Source of the DNA: a virus
IMG/VR virus record: IMGVR_UViG_3300042939_000511
Location: 1-64,000 of that record
Strand: one strand, 5' to 3'
Length of the DNA: 64,000 nt
This document shows, piece after piece, positions 54,850 to 64,000 of the stretch. The notes below the pieces were generated by a model. That model was given only the letters and a program-made list of their open reading frames with translations, made no database searches and was not told the origin of the DNA. The first letter of the stretch is position 1. Every line of letters begins with the position of its first letter. Made by a program: the position numbers and the translations under genes.

Positions 54850-57800
54850 ATGAGAAAAATAAGGATAACAAAGTCACCCAAAACTGGAGATCAGAGAGAT
54901 TACTCGCTGGTACACAGGCAAGTTCACTACATTGGTGAAGGTGACGCCAACACTCCTGTAAAGAACACCATGGGTGCAGTTCCTCTAAGCGATGCTAATA
55001 TTGAAGTAGAGGGCGGAGAGACTGTAGTAGGTGATGTCAACCGCGATGGTTTTCTAGAGCATATGACTTTTGTAGGCAAACGTCACTCAGAGGGCGGCAT
55101 GCCGGTAAATATCCCTGAGGGATCATTCATCTTCTCAGACACCAAGAAACTTAAGATCAAAGACAAAGAGATTCTCAAACAGGTCTTTGGGCTCAATCAC
55201 AAAGCAGGAGGATACACACCTGCAGAAATTGCCAAGCGTTATCAGATCAACCAGTACATCCAGGATCTGAAAAGCCCTGACAGTGATGCGATTACCAAGC
55301 GTTCTGCCACCCAGATGCTTGCCAACAACATGGAAAAACTGGGCATGCTGGCTCTTGTACAAGAGTCCATGAAGGGTTTCCCTGATGGTGTTCCAGCAAT
55401 TGCTGAATCAGTAATGGCAGGACTGCAACCCGAAGGTCAAGCTCAGATGCCAGATGCAAAGTATGGTGGCATTACCAAGTACCAGAAAGCTGGTGAGGTT
55501 GGGCACTCTTTCTACATCAATGGTAAATCAAACAAAATCTCTAATCGTTACAAAGGTTTTTTTGGCGATGAATGGGTGGTGTTTGAAAAGCCTGTAAATG
55601 TTTTGGATGAAGATGGCAACTCTGATCAGATGACTGAAATGAAACTGAGCGATTGGAACAAGCTGTCATCTAAAGGAATGCTTCAAGTAGGCTACCAGGA
55701 CAACGCTATTGCACCTAATGCTTACACTTCTATTGACAACCTTACAGCATGGAACCAGGACCGCTCTGTTACAGACATTGGTCGTGGTGTAAAATATAAT
55801 ACGCTGGCTTACTCTGCCACACAACCTACAATTTCTAAACTAAAAAGCAACCCTCAGTATCAGCCTGGCTACCAGTACAAAGTAGGAAACAGAACCTATG
55901 AAGTAGTAGATGCGCAAGTTTATAGTCCTTATGGTACAGAAGGCGGTAACCGCAGAGCAGTGCGTGTAAAGCAGATCAATGACCCTGACCAAAACATTGG
56001 TTCTTTTGTTGACACTAAGTTTGGTGAGACGCTTGTTCCTCTTAAAGAGTTCAACAGGCTGACAGGTATAACGTCTTCTGCAAACGCGGCTTCTCAAAAT
56101 CAGGCGCCTGGTGCTGACGTTCCTGGAGGAGTTTCACCTATTGCACAACCTGCACCAACATCTGCTCCTGCTACTACTACTACTACTAATACAAATGCTG
56201 TTCCTTCTGCAGCACCTGCAAGAACTACAGCTCCTGCATCTTCTGCACCTGCTGCAACACCCAGACCTGCTGGTAAACCCAAGACTGCACAGGAAGCGCT
56301 AAACTACTTTATGCATGGTGGTCAGTTGGGTAACTACCAAGGTGGGGGTACTGCACAGAACCCGCCTGCTGAAAAGGCTAATCAGCGTGTGGACCCTAAC
56401 CAGGAGATCTTTGTGGGTAATATTGAGCTGGCAGACGGTAGCGTCGTACAGGCTTACTACAAGGGAAGTGAAAAATATGTCAAAGACAGCTCAGGAAACA
56501 TTCTTGCCCGCGGCACACGGACAGACACTCAGTTCTCACAATACGGTTCAACAAACATCAATCAGTTGCTGGCTAAAACGCCCAATGTACGTTACACTGA
56601 AACGAACTTTGGTTCTTTTGGCAACCAGCCTAGAATGGGCAACACAGGGATCTACATGTCTTCTGGCAACGCTGCTGCGCGCAAGAGCGGTGATCTTTCT
56701 GAAAAAGAGTGGCAGGACTTCAAAGACCGCCATGGCGACTGGTTGGACAAAGAATACACTGGTGGTTTTGAGCAATACAAAAAAGATTTGCTTGCTGGTC
56801 AAGAAACCGGTGACAAGGCTGCTGGTTGGTTCCAGGACAAGATCAATGAGAAAAGCATACAGAAGTTTGGGGTTCCTTACTTTGCTGACGCAAATGATCC
56901 TAGCAGATCTCCTTACAAGCGTGACAGCAAGTTTGGTCAAGTGACCTATTCTGTCCCACGCTTTTTTGATCCACCCAAAGAGCAGCCTAAAGCAGAAACT
57001 CCTGCAGAACCTAAAAAACCAACTGAGATTACTGTAGGAGAACCAGCACCTCCACAGCCACGCAAACAAGGACCATGGTGGTTACAAGACATTGTAAACT
57101 TCACAGGCACACTTACTGACAGGGTAAACCGCTATGAACCTACCCAAGGAAGAGTAGACCTTCAGACACCTGGTTACACACTTCTTGATCCCACGCGCCA
57201 GCTTGCTGCTAATCAAGAGCAAATGGCTCGTTTGCAGGACCAGGCAATGAACACTACCGATGGTAATGTAGCGATGGCCTCTATGCTGGGCGCATCAGGT
57301 CAGGGTTTTGCTAATGCTGCCAATGTGCTTGCAGATACAGAAAATCGCAATGTAGGCATTGTCAACCAGGCTTACATGACCAACGCCCAGATCAACAACC
57401 AGGAAGCTGTTGCCAATGAAACCGGTCGTCAGAAGTATGTGGAAGACATGGCCACGTTGAACCAGCAGATGGACAACGCAGAACAGCAAAAAAAGTGGCG
57501 CCAGATTGCAGCCTTCAACAATGGCACTACCAATTGGTTCCGCAAGAAACAAATGGAGCAGGTGTTATTCCCTCAAGTGTACATTGACCCTATCATGGGT
57601 GATGCAGAGTTTTCTGGCCAGGGTCGTGACCTTTTTGGTCCTGACACATACTCACCAGCGTATGCAGACATGTCACGTCAGGTAGCCATGAACCCAATAG
57701 CAAACGTTGATCAGTGGAACCAAATTTTTCAGGAAGCTAGAGGAACCATGGGAGATCAAGAAGCCAGGCGCTATGCTACCAACGCTGTCAATCAAATAAT

Positions 57801-57939
57801 GGCAGCTCAACAAAGACAAGTCACGGGAATGACTCCTCGTCAACAATACAATCAAATGGCTGCACAAGGACTGACCTTACCTGTTCCAGCACGCGAATAT
57901 GGTGGTGAGATGTATCTGCCCTGGGTGGAACTTGACTAA
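54850..57939 (+). CDS. large virion protein (1029 aa) with Pro/Thr/Ala-rich linker
   Basis: Linker AQPAPTSAPATTTTTNTNAVPSAAPARTTAPASSAPAATPRPAGKP at about 56140-56280. Confidence 0.5.
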   Translation: MRKIRITKSPKTGDQRDYSLVHRQVHYIGEGDANTPVKNTMGAVPLSDANIEVEGGETVVGDVNRDGFLEHMTFVGKRHSEGGMPVNIPEGSFIFSDTKKLKIKDKEILKQVFGLNHKAGGYTPAEIAKRYQINQYIQDLKSPDSDAITKRSATQMLANNMEKLGMLALVQESMKGFPDGVPAIAESVMAGLQPEGQAQMPDAKYGGITKYQKAGEVGHSFYINGKSNKISNRYKGFFGDEWVVFEKPVNVLDEDGNSDQMTEMKLSDWNKLSSKGMLQVGYQDNAIAPNAYTSIDNLTAWNQDRSVTDIGRGVKYNTLAYSATQPTISKLKSNPQYQPGYQYKVGNRTYEVVDAQVYSPYGTEGGNRRAVRVKQINDPDQNIGSFVDTKFGETLVPLKEFNRLTGITSSANAASQNQAPGADVPGGVSPIAQPAPTSAPATTTTTNTNAVPSAAPARTTAPASSAPAATPRPAGKPKTAQEALNYFMHGGQLGNYQGGGTAQNPPAEKANQRVDPNQEIFVGNIELADGSVVQAYYKGSEKYVKDSSGNILARGTRTDTQFSQYGSTNINQLLAKTPNVRYTETNFGSFGNQPRMGNTGIYMSSGNAAARKSGDLSEKEWQDFKDRHGDWLDKEYTGGFEQYKKDLLAGQETGDKAAGWFQDKINEKSIQKFGVPYFADANDPSRSPYKRDSKFGQVTYSVPRFFDPPKEQPKAETPAEPKKPTEITVGEPAPPQPRKQGPWWLQDIVNFTGTLTDRVNRYEPTQGRVDLQTPGYTLLDPTRQLAANQEQMARLQDQAMNTTDGNVAMASMLGASGQGFANAANVLADTENRNVGIVNQAYMTNAQINNQEAVANETGRQKYVEDMATLNQQMDNAEQQKKWRQIAAFNNGTTNWFRKKQMEQVLFPQVYIDPIMGDAEFSGQGRDLFGPDTYSPAYADMSRQVAMNPIANVDQWNQIFQEARGTMGDQEARRYATNAVNQIMAAQQRQVTGMTPRQQYNQMAAQGLTLPVPAREYGGEMYLPWVELD

Positions 57940-57960
57940 AACTTAAAGCACAGATTTTAC

Positions 57961-60606
57961 ATGGCAACTTTTATAAAAGGCGTAACAGATCAATTTGGTC
58001 CGCTGCAGCTGTACAGGCCTGACTATCAGTTTTTGACTCAGGTTTATGGCACTAGGCAGGCGCAGTATGATCGTGGGTTCAACATGGTCAAGTCACTGTA
58101 CAATTCTGTATTGAACAACAGTGTTACCAACCAGGAGAACGAAAACTTCAGACAGGAGGCGTTTAAGAAACTGCAGGGATCTTTAAAGAGCATGTCCAAT
58201 GTGGACTTGTCTAATCCTGCCAACGTGATGCGCGCACAAACACTGATAGATCCTATCAGTAAGGACGAAGAACTTGCCTATGATATGAGCGTGACAAGGT
58301 TTCATCAAAAGCAAAAGCAGCTGATGGAAACCTATCGCAACTCTACTGACCCCAAGATGCGGGCTATGTACAGTGATATTTCACGCATGGACATTCAGTT
58401 TGCAGAAGAAGATCTTGCTAGTGCCAAGCGTGGTGATGGAAGCATACGCCAGGTACAGCCCAGAGAGTTTACACCGTTCGAAGATGTGCAGGAGTTCTTA
58501 AGAACAGAAGCTAAAAAGCAAGGACTTGAAATTGTACAAAGTGGTCCTGATGGAAAAGGATACATGCTCACCCGCAAAAATGGTGTAGGTGCTGTTCCTA
58601 TTTTTAACAGTTGGGCAACTACTGCAATGGGTCCACGATTTGACCGGCAGTTTGCGGTCATGGGAAGAGTGAATGCAGAGAGCGCTATACGCACTACCAT
58701 GCAGACCACGGGTGTGTCCAGAGACGAAGCTGTCAGAACCCTGGCAAACAAACTGGTACCACAGATCAACGTGCAAGAATCTACCAAAGGCATTGTTACA
58801 GACAAAGAGCTCACAAAGCTGGAAAATGAGATCAAGTTTTATGAAAAAGAGTATCCCAACGGTTTTCCTCCTGCAAAACCTGAGATTGCAGAAGATTATC
58901 AAAAGCTGGTGGAAGCGCGGGATCAGTACAAGACAGAACTTGACAACTCACGCAGTGAAGTAAGCAGACTCCAAACAGAGGGTCCAGAGTATGTTGCTTC
59001 TAATTTGTACAGCATTTTTTCAAGAGCTGCCAAAGAGCAGACTGCGCTTTCTTTTGCGCAGAGTTATGCTACTGCCAAGCAGTCTATTGAAATGCGTCCT
59101 GATACTACATGGGCAACCAAGGCAAACATTGCTTCACGTGAACGTGTTGCTGGTGCTAATCTTGCAATGCAAGAAAAAAAGCTGCAGTGGGACATGCAAA
59201 AAACAGGGATGGCCAATGAGATAAAAATGCTTGAGCTCAAAGCTGATGGTAAACTACCTGGTGAAACTTTTGTAGGAAGCGCTGTGGCTGACAGACCGCT
59301 CTATGCGTCTGATCAACTGAGCCAGTCTACTGCGCAAAATCGCGAGCAGGCATACCTTGCAGCGTTTAACTCAGAGAACGGTCTGATGAGACTTGTGGTA
59401 GACGACGCTGGTGAGTACAGCAGGCTTTATTCCAGCATTGCCAAGATCAAAAACATGGGTGCAGGACAAAACGTAAAGCTCACATCACAGGATGTAGCCA
59501 ACCTGCAGGAGTATGGCAAGATGGTAGGCGTAACGATTGGTGTTCCCAACAGCGCGCGTACAGCTAACGCGCTCATTGAAAGTCTGGCTGGTCTTACTTA
59601 CAATGCAGCTACAGAACAACTGGGCAAGTACGACCGTGCGCACAAGATTTCTAAGCTTAATCCTTACATCGAGTCTTTTCGCAACAGTATGCGCGCGTTT
59701 CAGGCTATTAACATTCAAAACGAAAAACTTGAAGAGGACATCAAGAGCGTTGCTAAAGAAATACGTAACCCTGATGGTACTATCAAAAGCATGTACAAAG
59801 GTGCTGTAATACGCAGTGGCGCTGGTGGTCAGATCAAAGACATTGATCTCAGTGCTGTAAGTGAAGCAGGCAAAGCTAATCTTACAAAGATCATCTCAGG
59901 ATTCAAAGACCGTGAGAACCCTGTTTTGAACCGTTACAACTACACCAAACTTTCTGCTTCAGAAGTAGATTTGCTTTTGAGAAATCCTTATGGTGCTTCC
60001 AGTGTGACAGCCTCTGATGGCAGCACTATCAATCCTGAGCTATTTAAGAACATGAACACTGCAGATCTGGCAAAACTTTTTGGTGACCAGGCAGATGTAA
60101 TGTTTGATCCTGTTAACAACCAGGTAAAAGTTCAGTTAAATGTCAGTCAACAAGGCGACCTTGCCAAAAGACTGGGTGTAAGTAAAGGCACTCAAAGTCT
60201 GACAGTGGCAATTCCTTATGAGACCATTCAGTCTTCCAGAGGTGCGTATGGTCGTTTTGAAAAGTATGTCAAGACCAACACAGCCAACACTGCATCTTTG
60301 GGTGTGCTAATACCGTTTCTTACCAATCCTTCTGCTACAGTGCTGGCGCCTCTTTCTTCCAGCAACAGAGGTTTTGACTGGACTGCGCAAGGTGTCGTTG
60401 GTAAAAACGGACAGCCTGAGATCATGATCAACTTTAAGTATAAGAACCCAAAGACCAACATGATAGATCAAATGACAGAGCGCATGCCTTATCAACCTGG
60501 CAACGTAGAGTCTATTGACGCTGTGCTGAAGCTTATTGCTGACAGAGATGCCAATCACTTCATGAGCATAACTGCTTATGAAAACTACATTAACCAACAA
60601 CGCTAA
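57961..60606 (+). CDS. large virion protein (881 aa)
   Basis: Long ORF in the structural array. Confidence 0.5.
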   Translation: MATFIKGVTDQFGPLQLYRPDYQFLTQVYGTRQAQYDRGFNMVKSLYNSVLNNSVTNQENENFRQEAFKKLQGSLKSMSNVDLSNPANVMRAQTLIDPISKDEELAYDMSVTRFHQKQKQLMETYRNSTDPKMRAMYSDISRMDIQFAEEDLASAKRGDGSIRQVQPREFTPFEDVQEFLRTEAKKQGLEIVQSGPDGKGYMLTRKNGVGAVPIFNSWATTAMGPRFDRQFAVMGRVNAESAIRTTMQTTGVSRDEAVRTLANKLVPQINVQESTKGIVTDKELTKLENEIKFYEKEYPNGFPPAKPEIAEDYQKLVEARDQYKTELDNSRSEVSRLQTEGPEYVASNLYSIFSRAAKEQTALSFAQSYATAKQSIEMRPDTTWATKANIASRERVAGANLAMQEKKLQWDMQKTGMANEIKMLELKADGKLPGETFVGSAVADRPLYASDQLSQSTAQNREQAYLAAFNSENGLMRLVVDDAGEYSRLYSSIAKIKNMGAGQNVKLTSQDVANLQEYGKMVGVTIGVPNSARTANALIESLAGLTYNAATEQLGKYDRAHKISKLNPYIESFRNSMRAFQAINIQNEKLEEDIKSVAKEIRNPDGTIKSMYKGAVIRSGAGGQIKDIDLSAVSEAGKANLTKIISGFKDRENPVLNRYNYTKLSASEVDLLLRNPYGASSVTASDGSTINPELFKNMNTADLAKLFGDQADVMFDPVNNQVKVQLNVSQQGDLAKRLGVSKGTQSLTVAIPYETIQSSRGAYGRFEKYVKTNTANTASLGVLIPFLTNPSATVLAPLSSSNRGFDWTAQGVVGKNGQPEIMINFKYKNPKTNMIDQMTERMPYQPGNVESIDAVLKLIADRDANHFMSITAYENYINQQR

Positions 60607-60612
60607 AGGATA

Positions 60613-63600
60613 ATGGCTGACAATGTTTTTAACTTTCTGGATGATAACACGCTTGGCGTTGAAGAAAACAATCCTACAGGCAAGGCACCTCAGACTGATG
60701 AGTTTTCTGTAGCGTTTCAGAAACTTAACCAGCAAAGTGACTTTGAAAGACAGCAGGCATCACGCCCACAGTCTCTCACAGAGCGTTTCAATGCGCCTGT
60801 TGGTCCATCTACTTTTACATACACCCCAGAACAGACAGTAGATCCTTATCGCTACCAGAAAGGTTTCCAGGGAGAGTTCTTTAACCCTCTGGACAGCACC
60901 AACTACCAAAAGTTTGCTGACCGCGAAACGTTTGGTTCAGCCCTGAGTAAAGGCCTTGACAGTTTTGCTTACAAGTTTGGAAACACCTTTGTAGACTACT
61001 GGAAAGGATATGGACGTATGGCAGATGCACTGGTTCACATGGACTGGGACCGCATGAAGCCTGATGAAGAAACCCTTGCCACGCAGTACTATAAAGATCA
61101 GCTTGACATGAATCGCAACTTTGTGTTTGAGCAACCTGAAAACGAAGACAGCATTTTTTCTAAGCGCACTATGAGTGAGTTTATAGGCAATGCTGGTTTT
61201 GCTTTGGGAACCTTTGCAGGTCTTGGTATTGAAATTGCAGCAGATATTGCCATTACAGCTGCAACTGGAGGCGCAGGTGCTGTAAGTTTTGGCGCAACAG
61301 CTGCAAGGCTGGGCGCAAAACAAGCTGCTGCACAGACAGCAAAATCAGGATTTAGATTTGCAGATGCACTGACAGACGTAGGCAAAGGATTTTCTTATGG
61401 CAACAAGAGTGTAGATGAAATATCTGCAGCTGCAAAGGTTGCAGGAAAGATTGATGAAACAGCAGCCCTTGGTAACATGAGCCGCAGCGCATTGCGTGAC
61501 TCAATGTCTGAGACGTTCACTGTGTACTCTAATAATTTTTTCAACATTGCAAAGTCAAAGAACTTGGGAGAAGTTGCCACCAACCTGCTGAAAGGAACAC
61601 CGCTGGTGGGTACTGGTGTACGCTATGGTGAAAAAATTGCCGCGGCCTCTAAAGCAGGAGCCTCTACAGGCCAAATGATTGGCATGGGACTGCAAGGACT
61701 GCGTCGTGTGGCGCAGGAACTTAACATGGCAGGTACAGAGGCAAGTTTTGAAGCAGTGACCTCTTATGGTGATACGCTGGATAAAATGGTTAAGCAGTAT
61801 CAGGTAGACAACGAGGGAGCTGTACCTACAGCCGAAGAGTTTGAAGAGATGAGAAGTCTTGCAATGCAGGCAAGTACCGCTAACTATAACACCAACCTGG
61901 GACTGCTTCTTGCTACCAACAAACTTCAGTTTGGAAACTTGTTTAACAGGTTTATTCCTGCCAACAAGTTTATGACAGAAGCTGCAGAAAACGTAATGGT
62001 TATCAACTCTAAAGCTGGCCAAGCGCTAATTAACAAATCAGGTTTTTTTGGCAGCTATGGTGTACTTGGAAAGGTTGCCAGAGAGTTTGGTAAAAAAGAA
62101 GCTGCCTGGCAGTTCTCTAAAGCTTTTACTAAGGACTTTTTGAAGTTTGAAGTCTCAGAAGGTCTGCAAGAGAATCTTCAAGAAACATCTGCTACTGCAT
62201 GGCGTGACTACTACGCCGGTCAATTCAATGGTTTAGAAACCTCACTGTCTGACGCTTTTGGAAAAGGTGTCAGTGAGCAGTTTACTAAGCAAGGTCTGAA
62301 AACGTTTCTGATGGGCGCGTTTACAGGATCACTGATTCGCGTGCCAACAGCGCTTGCTTCCAGTTCATTTGAAGCTGCTAATCGCGCACTTATTAACCGC
62401 GAGTATGCAAAGACTCCTGAACTTAACCCCTACAAGCGTGCAGAAGAACAGTTCAAAAAAGACCTTGAGATACAGAACGCACTTTTCAAGCAGGCCAAAG
62501 AAGGCAGCTTTAAAGAAAAGATCGTAAACTTTGTGGCACAGACTGATGCTGCTCAACAGCAGGCAGAAGCTGCAGCCAAAGGATTGCGCTATGAGTTTGA
62601 AAACGGTCGCGACAACGCACTACTTGCAGCAGTAGCGTCTGCTCAAAGAACGAACTCAATAGGCATGTTGCAACGCGCTATCAAAGACATGGGTAAGGAC
62701 ATGACGGCAGAAGAATTTGAAAAGTCTTTTGGTGTCAAGTTAGAAGACACTAAATACAAATCTGCAAGCGAGTTCTCAGAATCTGTTGCTAGAGATGTTA
62801 AGAAATACTCAGACGTTATTGAGGGCCTTCGCACTAAGTTCAAAAGCACCATGGCCAATCCTGCACAGTATGACAAAGGCAGCAGAGGCCAGTACGTTGC
62901 AACATTGATGCGCGGTGCGCAGGAAGAAGCCATACAGGTTCTTGCCCTTAACGCTATTAAGGGTGACATGTCAGCTAACAGAGCCAAACAGATTGCTGAA
63001 GAACTGATGTCTTCACCTGGGATTGGAACCAGTGCAGATTACGCATTGCGAGCACTCACTAGTGCTACATCACTGCAAGGTGAACTTAAATCTTTGTATG
63101 CAGAAATCAGGATTTTAGAAGAGCAGCTTAAAGCTGAAGGTCTTGATGCTGACACAAAAAACAGCATCAAAGAGCAACTTGACAGTAAGATTAAAGAAGA
63201 AAAACTGCTGTCAAAGTGGGCCAGTTACTGGGAGGTCAGAGACAGCATTATAGGATACGACAAGGAGAACAAACCTGTTAAAAGCAAGCAGATTGTAGAT
63301 GTCTTTGTAGGAAAATCTATTGACAAAACACAGACTGTCACAGATGAAAACGGCAATGAGGTTGAAACAGTAGACAGGACATTTGATCCTACTGACCCAG
63401 AGGTTGTAGAAACGTTTCGCCAGTTAATGAACATCAAAAACAAACAGGCAGGAAACAGCACTGATATTTCTGAAGAGGTCATGCGTGACAGCTTTCAGAA
63501 GATCTATGACTACATCCGCCTGGACCGCGACACCAAAGACTACATGCGCAGTGTTGATGTGCTCATGAACCCTGATAACTTCCGCCAAATGCAGGAGCGT

Positions 63601-64000
63601 ATGGTAGATGGCAAGTTTAAGTTCAACCTGATTCTCTATGTTGACAAACTAGACGATGATTTATACAACAGGACTTTGGAGATTCTTAATGATCTGGCGC
63701 CTGGTGAACAAGATGCAGTAAACATAATTGAAGACTTAAGAAGCGCACTTGTTGACTCTGAGAACTATAAGAATTTGTTGGTAGTAATTACTAACCCTGA
63801 TATAAGCATTGAGCAGGAAGACTATGCGTTTAAATTGTATGAAGATATTGTTCAGGACTTGCTTAAAAAAGAAGCAGAGATCAGAGTCAAGTATGCACCT
63901 AAAGAATACACAGATGATATCTCACAAGAGGACTATGACGAGATCATTGCTACTAAAGAGTTGGATCCTGTAATTAAGTATCTTATTGCAAACAAACTTT
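60613..64000 (+). CDS. very large protein, 5' part (over 1129 aa; candidate tape-measure protein), continues beyond window
   Basis: ATG at 60613. My hand translation runs open to the window end. It contains a Gly/Ala-rich segment GFALGTFAGLGIEIAADIAITAATGGAGAVSFGATAARLGAK followed by long helical regions, which is typical of tape-measure proteins. Confidence 0.45.
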   Translation, partial: MADNVFNFLDDNTLGVEENNPTGKAPQTDEFSVAFQKLNQQSDFERQQASRPQSLTERFNAPVGPSTFTYTPEQTVDPYRYQKGFQGEFFNPLDSTNYQKFADRETFGSALSKGLDSFAYKFGNTFVDYWKGYGRMADALVHMDWDRMKPDEETLATQYYKDQLDMNRNFVFEQPENEDSIFSKRTMSEFIGNAGFALGTFAGLGIEIAADIAITAATGGAGAVSFGATAARLGAKQAAAQTAKSGFRFADALTDVGKGFSYGNKSVDEISAAAKVAGKIDETAALGNMSRSALRDSMSETFTVYSNNFFNIAKSKNLGEVATNLLKGTPLVGTGVRYGEKIAAASKAGASTGQMIGMGLQGLRRVAQELNMAGTEASFEAVTSYGDTLDKMVKQYQVDNEGAVPTAEEFEEMRSLAMQASTANYNTNLGLLLATNKLQFGNLFNRFIPANKFMTEAAENVMVINSKAGQALINKSGFFGSYGVLGKVAREFGKKEAAWQFSKAFTKDFLKFEVSEGLQENLQETSATAWRDYYAGQFNGLETSLSDAFGKGVSEQFTKQGLKTFLMGAFTGSLIRVPTALASSSFEAANRALINREYAKTPELNPYKRAEEQFKKDLEIQNALFKQAKEGSFKEKIVNFVAQTDAAQQQAEAAAKGLRYEFENGRDNALLAAVASAQRTNSIGMLQRAIKDMGKDMTAEEFEKSFGVKLEDTKYKSASEFSESVARDVKKYSDVIEGLRTKFKSTMANPAQYDKGSRGQYVATLMRGAQEEAIQVLALNAIKGDMSANRAKQIAEELMSSPGIGTSADYALRALTSATSLQGELKSLYAEIRILEEQLKAEGLDADTKNSIKEQLDSKIKEEKLLSKWASYWEVRDSIIGYDKENKPVKSKQIVDVFVGKSIDKTQTVTDENGNEVETVDRTFDPTDPEVVETFRQLMNIKNKQAGNSTDISEEVMRDSFQKIYDYIRLDRDTKDYMRSVDVLMNPDNFRQMQERMVDGKFKFNLILYVDKLDDDLYNRTLEILNDLAPGEQDAVNIIEDLRSALVDSENYKNLLVVITNPDISIEQEDYAFKLYEDIVQDLLKKEAEIRVKYAPKEYTDDISQEDYDEIIATKELDPVIKYLIANKL

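Noticed and set aside
1-64000. CRISPR array, stop-codon recoding, or inteins/introns splitting the large genes.
   Set aside because: There are no regularly spaced direct repeats with unique spacers. All large genes, up to 1555 aa, are uninterrupted in the standard code. The only tandem repeat is the 11-bp unit at 52368, which has no spacers.

Overview
This 64-kb window looks like a contiguous segment of a large tailed dsDNA phage genome, about 40% GC. The host is probably a Bacteroidetes. The evidence is a TAnnTTTG-type '-7' promoter box, the lack of Shine-Dalgarno sequences, and 3-nt stop/start overlaps. Positions 1-20,080 are packed with leftward (minus-strand) genes: an SPFH/band-7 lipoprotein with a small membrane partner, a VWA (CobT-like) plus AAA+ (CobS/MoxR-like) pair, an HTH protein, a signal-anchored GH73 endolysin, a free-standing HNH endonuclease, a Myb/SANT-like protein, PhoH, and many small hypothetical and membrane proteins. 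A divergent promoter region lies at about 20,080-20,180. Positions 20,180-64,000 are rightward: tRNA-Thr(UGU), a GroES-like co-chaperonin, a tRNA-like element with a CAT anticodon, a PD-(D/E)XK nuclease, TerL, a candidate portal, a scaffold, the major capsid protein, neck/tail candidates, a cluster of Cys-rich FN3-like proteins, a metallophosphoesterase, and six very large virion proteins of 770 to over 1100 aa. The large proteins include a LysM + L,D-transpeptidase + SLT lysin and a probable tape-measure protein that runs off the window end. The most unusual features are four. First, a 1.2-kb ORF-free locus at 12.3-13.5 kb carrying two diverged copies of a 'split tRNA-like' module plus further structured repeats that recur at 14.66-14.85 kb. 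Second, a GC-rich island at 15.0-17.2 kb with tandem paralogues and its own upstream motif GGGGGTTGAAGGTTG. Third, an iteron-like GTCATGGGTGAC cluster at 5.13-5.29 kb. Fourth, 11-bp tandem repeats bridging two giant-protein genes at 52.37 kb. All functional calls are by eye from motifs, since no database search was possible.
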